A stretch of DNA of 64,000 nucleotides from Botryllus schlosseri (taxonomy: Eukaryota). The stretch lies in NCBI GenBank assembly GCA_051294905.1, contig CM119371.1, positions 35,094,001 through 35,158,000 of the forward strand, given 5' to 3'. Positions 1-15,000 of the stretch are shown piece by piece (position 1 is the stretch's first letter; the number at the start of each line of letters is the position of its first letter). Both the position numbers and the translations under genes were made by a program. The notes under the pieces are model-generated. The model saw nothing but the letters and a program-made list of their open reading frames with translations. It was not told the origin of the DNA and did no database searches.

Positions 1-3000
1 TCGGCGTCTTTAATCCGAGAGCTATACGTGTAATTTTGCGAAAGACGTTGGTCAGGTGATGATACTCGCGCAATTTCTCTGAAAAGTAGAGATGAAATTC
101 GACTCGAACTAGACGGTAGAATTGGCTAAAACTCGGTTCGATTATGCTTTGGGACAAGCCTCGACTCCTGTACGTGGTTAAAAGTGGAGCACTTGTCTAT
201 GATGGAAATATCGGCGTCTTTAATCCGAGAGCTATACGTGTAACTTTGCGAAAGACGTTTGCCAGGTGATGATAATCGCGCAATTTCTCTGAAAAGTAGA
301 GATGAAATTCGACTCGAACTAGACGGTAGAATTGGCTAAAACTAGGTTCGATTATGCTTTGGGACAAGACTCGACTCCTGTACGTGGTTAAAAGTGGAGC
401 ACTTGTCTATAATAGAAATATCGGCGTCTTTAATCCGAGAGCTATACGTGTAATTTTGCGAAAGACGTTGGTCAGGTGATGATACTCGCGCTATTTCTCT
501 GAAAAGTAGAGATGAAATTCGACTCGAACTAGACGGTAGAATTGGCTGAAACTCGGTTCGATTATGCTTTGGGACAAGCCTCGACTCCTGTACGTGGTTA
601 AAAGTGGAGCACTTGTCTATAATAGAAATATCGGCGTCTTTAATCCGAGAGCTATACGTGTAACTTTGCGAAAGACGTTTGCCAGGTGATGATAATCGCG
701 CAATTTCTCTAAAAAGTAGAGATGAAATTCGACTCGAACTAGACGGTAGAATTGGCTAAAACTCGGTTCGATTATGCTTTGGGACAAGCCTCGACTCCTG
801 AACATGGTTAAAAGTGGAGCACTTGTCTATGATAGAAATATCGGCGTCTTTAATCCGAGAGCTATACGTGTAATTTTGCGAAAGACGTTGGCCAGGTGAT
901 GATACTCGCGCAATTTCTCTGAAAAGTAGAGATGAAATTCGACTCGAACTAGACGGTAGAATTGGCTAAAACTAGGTTCGATTATGCTTTAGGACAAGAC
1001 TCGACTCCTGTACGTGGTTAAAAGTGGAGCACTTGTCTATAATAGAAATATCGGCGTCTTTAATCCGAGAGCTATACGTGTAATTTTGCGAAAGACGTTG
1101 GCCAGGTGATGATACTCGCGCCATTTCTCTGAAAAGTAGAGATGAAATTCGACTCGAACTAGACTGAAGAATTGGCTAAAACTCGGTTCGATTATGCTTT
1201 GGGACAAATCTCGACTCTTGCACGTGGTTAAAAGTGGAGCACTTGTCAATAATAGAAATATCGGCGTCTTTAATCCGAGAGCTATACGTGTAATTTTGCG
1301 AAAGACGTTGGCCAGGTGATGATACTCGCGCTATTTCTCTGAAAAGTAGAGATGAAATTCGACTCGAACTAGACGGTAGAATTGGCTAAAACTCGGTTCG
1401 ATTATGCTTTGGGACAAGCCTCGACTCCTGTTCGTGGTTAAAAGTGGAGCACTTGACTATAATAGAAATATCGGCGTCTTTAATCCGAGAGCTATACGTG
1501 TAATTTGGCGAAAGACGTTGGCCAGGTGATGATACTCGCGCTATTTCTCTGAAAAGTAGAGATGAAATTCGACTCGAACTAGACGGTAGAATTGGCTAAA
1601 ACTCGGTTCGATTATGCTTTGGGACAAGCCTCGACTCCTGCACGTGGTTAAAAGTGGAGCACTTGTAAATAATAGAAATATCGGCGTCTTTAATCCGAGA
1701 GCTATACGTGTAATTTTGCGAAAGACGTTGGCCAGGTGATGATACTCGCGCAATTTCTCTGAAAAGTAGAGATGAAATTCGACTCGAACTAGACGGTAGA
1801 ATTGGCTAAAACTAGGTTCGATTATGCTTTGGGACAAGACTCGACTCCTGTACGTGGTTAAAAGTGGAGGACTTGTCTATAATAGAAATATCGGCGTCTT
1901 TAATCCGAGAGCTATACGTGTAATTTTACGAAAGACGTTGGTCAGGTGATGATACTCGCGCAATTTCTCTGAAAAGTAGAGATGAAATTCGACTCGAACT
2001 AGACGGTAGAATTGGCTAAAACTCGGTTCGATTATGCTTTGGGACAAGCCTCGACTCCTGTACGTGGTTAAAAGTGGAGCACTTGTCTATGATGGAAATA
2101 TCGGCGTCTTTAATCCGAGAGCTATACGTGTAACTTTGCGAAAGACGTTTGCCAGGTGATGATAATCGCGCAATTTCTCTGAAAAGTAGAGATGAAATTC
2201 GACTCGAACTAGACGGTAGAATTGGCTAAAACTCGGTTCGATTATGCTTTGGGACAAGCCTCGACTCCTGAACATGGTTAAAAGTGGAGCACTTGTCTAT
2301 GATAGAAATATCGGCGTCTTTAATCCGAGAGCTATACGTGTAATTTTGCGAAAGACGTTGGCCAGGTGATGATACTCGCGCAATTTCTCTGAAAAGTAGA
2401 GATGAAATTCGACTCGAACTAGACGGTGGAATTGGCTAAAACTAGGTTCGATTATGCTTTAGGACAAGACTCGACTCCTGTACGTGGTTAAAAGTGGAGC
2501 ACTTGTCTATAATAGAAATATCGGCGTCTTTAATCCGAGAGCTATACGTGTAATTTTGCGAAAGACGTTGGCCAGGTGATGATACTCGCGCTATTTCTCT
2601 GAAAAGTAGAGATGAAATTCGACTCGAACTAGACGGAAGAATTGGCTAAAACTCGGTTCGATTATGCTTTGGGACAAATCTCGACTCCTGCACGTGGTTA
2701 AAAGTGGAGCACTTGTCAATAATAGAAATATCGGCGTCTTTAATCCGAGAGCTATACGTGTAATTTTGCGAAAGACGTTGGCCAGGTGATGATACTCGCG
2801 CAATTTCTCTGAAAAGTAGAGATGAAATTCGACTCGAACTAAACGGTAGAATTGGCTAAAACTAGGTTCGATTATGCTTTGGGACAAGACTCGACTCCTG
2901 TACGTGGTTAAAAGTGGAGCACTTGTCTATAATAGAAATATCGGCGTCTTTAATCCGAGAGCTATACGTGTAATTTTGCGAAAGACGTTGGCCAGGTGAT

Positions 3001-6000
3001 GATACTCGCGCTATTTCTCTGAAAAGTAGAGATGAAATTACACTCGAACTAGACGGTAGAATTGGCTAAAACTCGGTTCGATTATGCTTTTGGACAAGCC
3101 TCGACTCCTGCACGTGGTTAAAAGTGGAGCACTTGTCAATAATAGAAATATCGGCGTCTTTAATCCGATAGCTATACGTGTAATTTTGCGAAAGACGTTG
3201 GCCAGGTGATGATACTCGCGCAATTTCTCTGAAAAGTAGAGGTGAAATTCGACTCGAACTAAACGTTAGAATTGGCTAAAACTCGGTTCGGTTATGCTTT
3301 GGGACAAGCCTCGACTCCTGAACGTGGTTAAAAGTGAAGCACTTGTATATGATAGAAATATCGGCGTCTTTAATCCGAGAGCTATACGTGTAACTTTGCG
3401 AAAGACGTTGGCCAGGTGATGATATTCGCGCAATTTCTCTGAAAAGTAGAGATGAAATTCGACTCGAACTAGATGGTAGAATTGGCTAAAACTAGGTTCG
3501 ATTATGCTTTGGGACAAGACTCGACTCCTGTACGTGGTTAAAAGTGGAGCACTTGTCTTTAATAGAAATATCGGCGTCTTTAATCCGAGAGCTATACGTG
3601 TAATTTTGCGAAAGACGTTAACCAGGTGATGATACTCGCGCAATTTCTCTGAAAAGTAGAGATGAAATTCGACTCGAACTAGACGGTAGAATTGGCTAAA
3701 ACTCGGTTCGATTATGCTTTGGGACAAGCCTCGACTCCTGAACGTGGTTAAAAGTGGAGCACTTGTCTATGATAGAAATATCGGCGTCTTTAATCCGAGA
3801 GCTATACGTGTAACTTTGCTAAAGACGTTGGCCAGGTGATGATACTCGCGCAATTTCTCTGAAAAGTAGAGATGAAATTCGACTCGAACTAGACGGTAGA
3901 ATTGGCTAAAACTCGGTTCGATTATGCTTTGAGACAAGCCTCGACTCCTGAACGTGGTTAAAAGTGGAGCACTTGTCTATGATAGAAATATCGGCGTCTT
4001 AAATCCGAGAGCTATACGTGTAATTTTGCGAAAGACGTTGGTCAGGTGATGATACTCGCGCAATTTCTCTGAAAAGTAGAGATGAAATTCGACTCGAACT
4101 AGACGGTAGAATTGGCTAAAACTAGGTTCGATTATGCTTTGGGACAAGACTCGACTCCTGTACGTGGTTAAAAGTGGAGCATTTGTATATAATAGAAATA
4201 TCGGCGTCTTTAATCCGAGAGCTATACGTGTAATTTTGCGAAAGACGTTGGCCAGGTGATGATACTCGCGCTATTTCTCTGAAAAGTAGAGATGAAATTC
4301 GACTCGAACTAGACGGTAGAATTGGCTAAAACTCGGTTCTATTATGCTTTGGGACAAGCCTCGACTCCTGTTCGTGGTTAAAAGTGGAGCACTTGTCTAT
4401 AATAGAAATATCGGCGTCTTTAATCCAAGAGCTATACGTGTAATTTGGCGAAAGACGTTGGCCAGGTGATGATACTCGCGCTATTTCTCTGAAAAGTAGA
4501 GATGAAATTCGACTCGAACTAGACGGTAGAATTGGCTAAAACTCGGTTCCATTGTGCTTTGGGACAAGCCTCGACTCCTGCACGTGGTTAAAAGTGGAGC
4601 ACTTGTCAATAATAGAAATATCGGCGTCTTTAATCCGAGAGCTATACGTGTAATTTTGCGAAAGACGTTTGCCAGGTGATGATAATCGCGCAATTTCTCT
4701 GAAAAGTAGAGATGAAATTCGACTCGAACTAGACGGTAGAATTGGCTAAAACTCGGTTCGATTATGCTTTGGGACAAGCCTCGACTCCTGAACATGGTTA
4801 AAAGTGGAGCACTTGTCTATGATAGAAATATCGGCGTCTTTAATCCGAGAGCTATACGTGTAATTTTGCGAAAGACGTTGGTCAGGTGATGATACTCGCG
4901 CAATTTCTCTGAAAAGTAGAGATGAAATTCGACTCGAACTAGACGGTAGAATTGGCTAAAACTCGGTTCGATTATGCTTTGGGACAAATCTCGACTCTTG
5001 CACGTGGTTAAAAGTGGAGCACTTGTCAATAATAGAAATATCGGCGTCTTTAATCCGAGAGCTATACGTGTAATTTTGCGAAAGACGTTGGCCAGGTGAT
5101 GATACTCGCGCTATTTCTCTGAAAAGTAGAGATGAAATTCGACTCGAACTAGACGGTAGAATTGGCTAAAACTCGGTTCGATTATGCTTTGGGACAAGCC
5201 TCGACTCCTGTTCGTGGTTAAAAGTGGAGCACTTGACTATAATAGAAATATCGGCGTCTTTAATCCGAGAGCTATACGTGTAATTTGGCGAAAGACGTTG
5301 GCCAGGTGATGATACTCGCGCTATTTCTCTGAAAAGTAGAGATGAAATTCGACTCGAACTAGACGGTAGAATTGGCTAAAACTCGGTTCGATTATGCTTT
5401 GGGACAAGCCTCGACTCCTGCACGTGGTTAAAAGTGGAGCACTTGTAAATAATAGAAATATCGGCGTCTTTAATCCGAGAGCTATACGTGTAATTTTGCG
5501 AAAGACGTTGGCCAGGTGATGATACTCGCGCAATTTCTCTGAAAAGTAGAGATGAAATTCGACTCGAACTAGACGGTAGAATTGGCTAAAACTAGGTTCG
5601 ATTATGCTTTGGGACAAGACTCGACTCCTGTACGTGGTTAAAAGTGGAGGACTTGTCTATAATAGAAATATCGGCGTCTTTAATCCGAGAGCTATACGTG
5701 TAATTTTGCGAAAGACGTTGGTCAGGTGATGATACTCGCGCAATTTCTCTGAAAAGTAGAGATGAAATTCCACTCGAACTAGACGGTAGAATTGGCTAAA
5801 ACTCGGTTCGATTATGCTTTGGGACAAGCCTCGACTCCTGTACGTGGTTAAAAGTGGAGCACTTGTCTATGATGGAAATATCGGCGTCTTTAATCCGAGA
5901 GCTATACGTGTAACTTTGCGAAAGACGTTTGCCAGGTGATGATAATCGCGCAATTTCTCTGAAAAGTAGAGATGAAATTCGACTCGAACTAGACGGTAGA

Positions 6001-9000
6001 ATTGGCTAAAACTCGGTTCGATTATGCTTTGGGACAAGCCTCGACTCCTGATCATGGTTAAAAGTGGAGCACTTGTCTATGATAGAAATATCGGCGTCTT
6101 TAATCCGAGAGCTATACGTGTAATTTTGCGAAAGACGTTGGCCAGGTGATGATACTCGCGCAATTTCTCTGAAAAGTAGAGATGAAATTCGACTCGAACT
6201 AGACGGTGGAATTGGCTAAAACTAGGTTCGATTATGCTTTAGGACAAGACTCGACTCCTGTACGTGGTTAAAAGTGGAGCACTTGTCTATAATAGAAATA
6301 TCGGCGTCTTTAATCCGAGAGCTATACGTGTAATTTTGCGAAAGACGTTGGCCAGGTGATGATACTCGCGCTATTTCTCTGAAAAGTAGAGATGAAATTC
6401 GACTCGAACTAGACGGAAGAATTGGCTAAAACTCGGTTCGATTATGCTTTGGGACAAATCTCGACTCCTGCACGTGGTTAAAAGTGGAGCACTTGTCAAT
6501 AATAGAAATATCGGCGTCTTTATTCCGAGAGCTATACGTGTAATTTTGCGAAAGACGTTGGCCAGGTGATGATACTCGCGCAATTTCTCTGAAAAGTAGA
6601 GATGAAATTCGACTCGAACTAAACGGTAGAATTGGCTAAAACTAGGTTCGATTATGCTTTGGGACAAGACTCGACTCCTGTACGTGGTTAAAAGTGGAGC
6701 ACTTGTCTATAATAGAAATATCGGCGTCTTTAATCCGAGAGCTATACGTGTAATTTTGCGAAAGACGTTGGCCAGGTGATGATACTCGCGCTATTTCTCT
6801 GAAAAGTAGAGATGAAATTACACTCGAACTAGACGGTAGAATTGGCTAAAACTCGGTTCGATTATGCTTTTGGACAAGCCTCGACTCCTGTACGTGGTTA
6901 AAAGTGGAGCACTTGTCTTTAATAGAAATATCGGCGTCTTTAATCCGAGAGCTATACGTGTAATTTTGCGAAAGACGTTAACCAGGTGATGATACTCGCG
7001 CAATTTCTCTGAAAAGTAGAGATGAAATTCGACTCGAACTAGACGGTAGAATTGGCTAAAACTCGGTTCGATTATGCTTTGGGACAAGCCTCGACTCCTG
7101 AACGTGGTTAAAAGTGGAGCACTTGTCTATGATAGAAATATCGGCGTCTTTAATCCGAGAGCTATACGTGTAACTTTGCTAAAGACGTTGGCCAGGTGAT
7201 GATACTCGCGCAATTTCTCTGAAAAGTAGAGATGAAATTCGACTCGAACTAGACGGTAGAATTGGCTAAAACTCGGTTCGATTATGCTTTGGGACAAGCC
7301 TCGACTCCTGAACGTGGTTAAAAGTGGAGCACTTGTCTATGATAGAAATATCGGCGTCTTAAATCCGAGAGCTATACGTGTAATTTTGCGAAAGACGTTG
7401 GTCAGGTGATGATACTCGCGCAATTTCTCTGAAAAGTAGAGATGAAATTCGACTCGAACTAGACGGTAGAATTGGCTAAAACTAGGTTCGATTATGCTTT
7501 GGGACAAGACTCGACTCCTGTACGTGGTTAAAAGTGGAGCATTTGTATATAATAGAAATATCGGCGTCTTTAATCCGAGAGCTATACGTGTAATTTTGCG
7601 AAAGACGTTGGCCAGGTGATGATACTCGCGCTATTTCTCTGAAAAGTAGAGATGAAATTCGACTCGAACTAGACGGTAGAATTGGCTAAAACTCGGTTCT
7701 ATTATGCTTTGGGACAAGCCTCGACTCCTGTTCGTGGTTAAAAGTGGAGCACTTGTCTATAATAGAAATATCGGCGTCTTTAATCCAAGAGCTATACGTG
7801 TAATTTGGCGAAAGACGTTGGCCAGGTGATGATACTCGCGCTATTTCTCTGAAAAGTAGAGATGAAATTCGACTCGAACTAGACGGTAGAATTGGCTAAA
7901 ACTCGGTTCCATTATGCTTTGGGACAAGCCTCGACTCCTGCACGTGGTTAAAAGTGGAGCACTTGTCAATAATAGAAATATCGGCGTCTTTAATCCGAGA
8001 GCTATACGTGTAATTTTGCGAAAGACGTTTGCCAGGTGATGATAATCGCGCAATTTCTCTGAAAAGTAGAGATGAAATTCGACTCGAACTAGACGGTAGA
8101 ATTGGCTAAAACTCGGTTCGATTATGCTTTGGGACAAGCCTCGACTCCTGAACATGGTTAAAAGTGGAGCACTTGTCTATGATAGAAATATCGGCGTCTT
8201 TAATCCGAGAGCTATACGTGTAATTTTGCGAAAGACGTTGGTCAGGTGATGATACTCGCGCAATTTCTCTGAAAAGTAGAGATGAAATTCGACTCGAACT
8301 AGACGGTAGAATTGGCTAAAACTCGGTTCGATTATGCTTTGGGACAAGCCTCGACTCCTGTACGTGGTTAAAAGTGGAGCACTTGTCTATGATAGAAATA
8401 TCGGCGTCTTTAATCCGAGAGCTATACGTGTAACTTTGCGAAAGACGTTTGCCAGGTGATGATAATCGCGCAATTTCTCTGAAAAGTAGAGATGAAATTC
8501 GACTCGAACTAGACGGTAGAATTGGCTAAAACTCGGTTCGATTATGCTTTGGGACAAGCCTCGACTCCTGAACATGGTTAAAAGTGGAGCACTTGTCCAT
8601 GATAGAAATATCGGCGTCTTTAATCCGAGAGCTATACGTGTAATTTTGCGAAAGACGTTGGCCAGGTGATGATACTCGTGCAATTTCTCTGAAAAGTAGA
8701 GATGAAATTCGACTCGAACTAGACGGTAGAATTGGCTAAAACTAGGTTCGATTATGCTTTAGGACAAGACTCGACTCCTGTACGTGGTTAAAAGTGGAGC
8801 ACTTGTCTATAATAGAAATATCGGCGTCTTTAATCCGAGAGCTATACGTGTAATTTTGCGAAAGACGTTGGCCAGGTGATGATACTCGCGCTATTTCTCT
8901 GAAAAGTAGAGATGAAATTCGACTCGAACTAGACTGAAGAATTGGCTAAAACTCGGTTCGATTATGCTTTGGGACAAATCTCGACTCCTGCACGTGGTTA

Positions 9001-12000
9001 AAAGTGGAGCACTTGTCAATAATAGAAATATCGGCGTCTTTAATCCGAGAGCTATACGTGTAATTTTGCGAAAGACGTTGGCCAGGTGATGATACTCGCG
9101 CTATTTCTCTGAAAAGTAGAGATGAAATTCGACTCGAACTAGACGGTAGAATTGGCTAAAACTCGGTTCGATTATGCTTTGGGACAAGCCTCGACTCCTG
9201 TTCGTGGTTAAAAGTGGAGCACTTGACTATAATAGAAATATCGGCGTCTTTAATCCGAGAGCTATACGTGTAATTTGGCGAAAGACGTTGGCCAGGTGAT
9301 GATACTCGCGCTATTTCTCTGAAAAGTAGAGATGAAATTCGACTCGAACTAGACGGTAGAATTGGCTAAAACTAGGTTCGATTATGCTTTGGGACAAGCC
9401 TCGACTCCTGCACGTGGTTAAAAGTGGAGCACTTGTAAATAATAGAAATATCGGCGTCTTTTATCCGAGAGCTATACGTGTAATTTTGCGAAAGACGTTG
9501 GCCAGGTGATGATACTCGCGCAATTTCTCTGAAAAGTAGAGATGAAATTCGACTCGAACTAGACGGTAGAATTGGCTAAAACTAGGTTCGATTATGCTTT
9601 GGGACAAGCCTCGACTCCTGTTGGTGGTTAAAAGTGGAGCACTTGTCTATAATAGAAATATCGGCGTCTTTAATCCAAGAGCTATACGTGTAATTTGGCG
9701 AAAGACGTTGGCCAGGTGATGATACTCGCGCTATTTCTCTGAAAAGTAGAGATGAAATTCGACTCGAACTAGACGGTAGAATTGGCTAAAACTCGGTTCG
9801 ATTATGCTTTGAGACAAGCCTCGACTCCTGCACGTGCTTAAAAGTGGAGCACTTGTCAATAATAGAAATATCGGCGTCTTTAATCCGAGAGCTATACGTG
9901 TAATTTTGCGAAAGACGTTTGCCAGGTGATGATAATCGCGCAATTTCTCTGAAAAGTAGAGATGAAATTCGACTCGAACTAGACGGTAGAATTGGCTAAA
10001 ACTCGGTTCGATTATGCTTTGGGACAAGCCTCGACTCCTGAACATGGTTAAAAGTGGAGCACTTGTCTATGATAGAAATATCGGCGTCTTTAATCCGAGA
10101 GCTATACGTGTAATTTTGCGAAAGACGTTGGTCAGGTGATGATACTCGCGCAATTTCTCTGAAAAGTAGAGATGAAATTCGACTCGAACTAGACGGTAGA
10201 ATTGGCTAAAACTCGGTTCGATTATGCTTTAGGACAAGCCTCGACTCCTGTACGTGGTTAAAAGTGGAGCACTTGTCTATGATAGAAATATCGGCGTCTT
10301 TAATCCGAGAGCTATACGTGTAACTTTGCGAAAGACGTTTGCCAGGTGATGATAATCGCGCAATTTCTCTGAAAAGTAGAGATGAAATTCGACTCGAACT
10401 AGACGGTAGAATTGGCTGAAACTCGGTTCGATTATGCTTTGGGACAAGCCTCGACTCCTGAACATGGTTAAAAGTGGAGCACTTGTCTATGATAGAAATA
10501 TCGGCGTCTTTAATCCGAGAGCTATACGTGTAATTTTGCGAAAGACGTTGGCCAGGTGATGATACTCGCGCAATTTCTCTGAAAAGTAGAGATGAAATTC
10601 GACTCGAACTAGACGGTAGAATTGGCTAAAACTAGGTTCGATTATGCTTTAGGACAAGACTCGACTCCTGTACGTGGTTAAAAGTGGAGCACTTGTCTAT
10701 AATAGAAATATCGGCGTCTTTAATCCGAGAGCTATACGTGTAATTTTGCGAAAGACGTTGGCCAGGTGATGATACTCGCGCTATTTCTCTGAAAAGTAGA
10801 GATGAAATTCGACTCGAACTAGACTGAAGAATTGGCTAAAACTCGGTTCGATTATGCTTTGGGACAAATCTCGACTCCTGCACGTGGTTAAAAGTGGAGC
10901 ACTTGTCAATAATAGAAATATCGGCGTCTTTAATCCGAGAGCTATACGTGTAATTTTGCGAAAGACGTTGGCCAGGTGATGATACTCGCGCTATTTCTCT
11001 GAAAAGTAGAGATGAAATTCGACTCGAACTAGACGGTAGAATTGGCTAAAACTCGGTTCGATTATGCTTTGGGACAAGCCTCGACTCCTGTTCGTGGTTA
11101 AAAGTGGAGCACTTGACTATAATAGAAATATCGGCGTCTTTAATCCGAGAGCTATACGTGTAATTTGGCGAAAGACGTTGGCCAGGTGATGATACTCGCG
11201 CTATTTCTCTGAAAAGTAGAGATGAAATTCGACTCGAACTAGACGGTAGAATTGGCTAAAACTCGGTTCGATTATGCTTTGGGACAAGCCTCGACTCCTG
11301 CACGTGGTTAAAAGTGGAGCACTTGTAAATAATAGAAATATCGGCGTCTTTAATCCGAGAGCTATACGTGTAATTTTGCGAAAGACGTTGGCCAGGTGAT
11401 GATACTCGCGCAATTTCTCTGAAAAGTAGAGATGAAATTCGACTCGAACTAGACGGTAGAATTGGCTAAAACTAGGTTCGATTATGCTTTGGGACAAGAC
11501 TCGACTCCTGTACGTGGTTAAAAGTGGAGGACTTGTCTATAATAGAAATATCGGCGTCTTTAATCCGAGAGCTATACGTGTAATTTTGCGAAAGACGTTG
11601 GTCAGGTGATGATACTCGCGCAATTTCTCTGAAAAGTAGAGATGAAATTCGACTCGAACTAGACGGTAGAATTGGCTAAAACTCGGTTCGATTATGCTTT
11701 GGGACAAGCCTCGACTCCTGTACGTGGTTAAAAGTGGAGCACTTGTCTATGATGGAAATATCGGCGTCTTTAATCCGAGAGCTATACGTGTAACTTTGCG
11801 AAAGACGTTTGCCAGGTGATGATAATCGCGCAATTTCTCTGAAAAGTAGAGATGAAATTTGACTCGAACTAGACGGTAGAATTGGCTAAAACTCGGTTCG
11901 ATTATGCTTTGGGACAAGCCTCGACTCCTGTACGTGGTTAAAAGTGGAGCACTTGTCTATGATAGAAATATCGGCGTCTTTAATCCGAGAGCTATACGTG

Positions 12001-15000
12001 TAACTTTGCGAAAGACGTTTGCCAGGTGATGATAATCGCGCAATTTCTCTGAAAAGTAGAGATGAAATTCGACTCGAACTAGACGGTAGAATTGGCTAAA
12101 ACTCGGTTCGATTATGCTTTGGGACAAGCCTCGACTCCTGAACATGGTTAAAAGTGGAGCACTTGTCTATGATAGAAATATCGGCGTCTTTAATCCGAGA
12201 GCTATACGTGTAATTTTGCGAAAGACGTTGGCCAGGTGATGATACTCGCGCAATTTCTCTGAAAAGTAGAGATGAAATTTGACTCGAACTAGACGGTAGA
12301 ATTGGCTAAAACTAGGTTCGATTATGCTTTAGGACAAGACTCGACTCCTGTACGTGGTTAAAAGTGGAGCACTTGTCTATAATAGAAATATCGGCGTCTT
12401 TAATCCGAGAGCTATACGTGTAATTTTGCGAAAGACGTTGGCCAGGTGATGATACTCGCGCTATTTCTCTGAAAAGTAGAGATGAAATTCGACTCGAACT
12501 AGACTGAAGAATTGGCTAAAACTCGGTTCGATTATGCTTTGGGACAAATCTCGACTCCTGCACGTGGTTAAAAGTGGAGCACTTGTCAATAATAGAAATA
12601 TCGGCGTCTTTAATCCGAGAGCTATACGTGTAATTTTGCGAAAGACGTTGGCCAGGTGATGATACTCGCGCTATTTCTCTGAAAAGTAGAGATGAAATTC
12701 GACTCGAACTAGACGGTAGAATTGGCTAAAACTCGGTTCGATTATGCTTTGGGACAAGCCTCGACTCCTGTTCGTGGTTAAAAGTGGAGCACTTGACTAT
12801 AATAGAAATATCGGCGTCTTTAATCCGAGAGCTATACGTGTAATTTGGCGAAAGACGTTGGCCAGGTGATGATACTCGCGCTATTTCTCTGAAAAGTAGA
12901 GATGAAATTCGACTCGAACTAGACGGTAGAATTGGCTAAAACTCGGTTCGATTATGCTTTGGGACAAGCCTCGACTCCTGCACGTGGTTAAAAGTGGAGC
13001 ACTTGTAAATAATAGAAATATCGGCGTCTTTAATCCGAGAGCTATACGTGTAATTTTGCGAAAGACGTTGGCCAGGTGATGATACTCGCGCAATTTCTCT
13101 GAAAAGTAGAGATGAAATTCGACTCGAACTAGACGGTAGAATTGGCTAAAACTAGGTTCGATTATGCTTTGGGACAAGACTCGACTCCTGTACGTGGTTA
13201 AAAGTGGAGGACTTGTCTATAATAGAAATATCGGCGTCTTTAATCCGAGAGCTATACGTGTAATTTTGCGAAAGACGTTGGTCAGGTGATGATACTCGCG
13301 CAATTTCTCTGAAAAGTAGAGATGAAATTCGACTCGAACTAGACGGTAGAATTGGCTAAAACTCGGTTCGATTATGCTTTGGGACAAGCCTCGACTCCTG
13401 TACGTGGTTAAAAGTGGAGCACTTGTCTATGATGGAAATATCGGCGTCTTTAATCCGAGAGCTATACGTGTAACTTTGCGAAAGACGTTTGCCAGGTGAT
13501 GATAATCGCGCAATTTCTCTGAAAAGTAGAGATGAAATTCGACTCGAACTAGACGGTAGAATTGGCTAAAACTCGGTTCGATTATGCTTTTGGACAAGCC
13601 TCGACTCCTGAACATGGTTAAAAGTGGAGCACTTGTCTATGATAGAAATATCGGCGTCTTTAATCCGAGAGCTATACGTGTAATTTTGCGAAAGACGTTG
13701 GCCAGGTGATGATACTCGCGCAATTTCTCTGAAAAGTAGAGATGAAATTCGACTCGAACTAGACGGTAGAATTGGCTAAAACTAGGTTCGATTATGCTTT
13801 AGGACAAGACTCGACTCCTGTACGTGGTTAAAAGTGGAGCACTTGTCTATAATAGAAATATCGGCGTCTTTAATCCGAGAGCTATACGTGTAATTTTGCG
13901 AAAGACGTTGGCCAGGTGATGATACTCGCGCTATTTCTCTGAAAAGTAGAGATGAAATTCGACTCGAACTAGACGGAAGAATTGGCTAAAACTCGGTTCG
14001 ATTATGCTTTGGGACAAATCTCGACTCCTGCACGTGGTTAAAAGTGGAGCACTTGTCAATAATAGAAATATCGGCGTCTTTAATCCGAGAGCTATACGTG
14101 TAATTTTGCGAAAGACGTTGGCCAGGTGATGATACTCGCGCAATTTCTCTGAAAAGTAGAGATGAAATTCGACTCTAACTAAACGGTAGAATTGGCTAAA
14201 ACTAGGTTCGATTATGCGTTGGGACAAGACTCGACTCCTGTACGTGGTTAAAAGTGGAGCACTTGTCTATAATAGAAATATCGGCGTCTTTAATCCGAGA
14301 GCTATACGTGTAATTTTGCGAAAGACGTTGGCCAGGTGATGATACTCGCGCTATTTCTCTGAAAAGTAGAGATGAAATTACACTCGAACTAGACGGTAGA
14401 ATTGGCTAAAACTCGGTTCGATTATGCTTTTGGACAAGCCTCGACTCCTGCACGTGGTTAAAAGTGGAGCACTTGTCAATAATAGAAATATCGGCGTCTT
14501 TAATCCGAGAGCTATACGTGTAATTTTGCGAAAGACGTTGGCCAGGTGATGATACTCGCGCAATTTCTCTGAAAAGTAGAGGTGAAATTCGACTCGAACT
14601 AGACGTTAGAATTGGCTAAAACTCGGTTCGGTTATGCTTTGGGACAAGCCTCGACTCCTGAACGTGGTTAAAAGTGGAGCACTTGTATATGATAGAAATA
14701 TCGGCGTCTTTAATCCGAGAGCTATACGTGTAACTTTGCGAAAGACGTTGGCCAGGTGTTGATACTCGCGCAATTTCTCTGAAAAGTAGAGATGAAATTC
14801 CACTCGAACTAGATGGTAGAATTGGCTAAAACTAGGTTCGATTATGCTTTGGGACAAGACTCGACTCCTGTACGTGGTTAAAAGTGGAGCACTTGTCTTT
14901 AATAGAAATATCGGCGTCTTTAATCCGAGAGCTATACGTGTAATTTTGCGAAAGACGTTAACCAGGTGATGATACTCGCGCAATTTCTCTGAAAAGTAGA

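Noticed and set aside
97..155. CENP-B box-like TTCG motifs
   Set aside because: Neither TTCG matches the required TTCGnnnnAnnCGGG pattern.
1..210. Tandem 5S rRNA, tRNA or spliced-leader gene array
   Set aside because: I recognise no 5S, tRNA or SL sequence, nor Pol III A/B/C boxes, on either strand. An Infernal cmscan against Rfam would be the decisive check.
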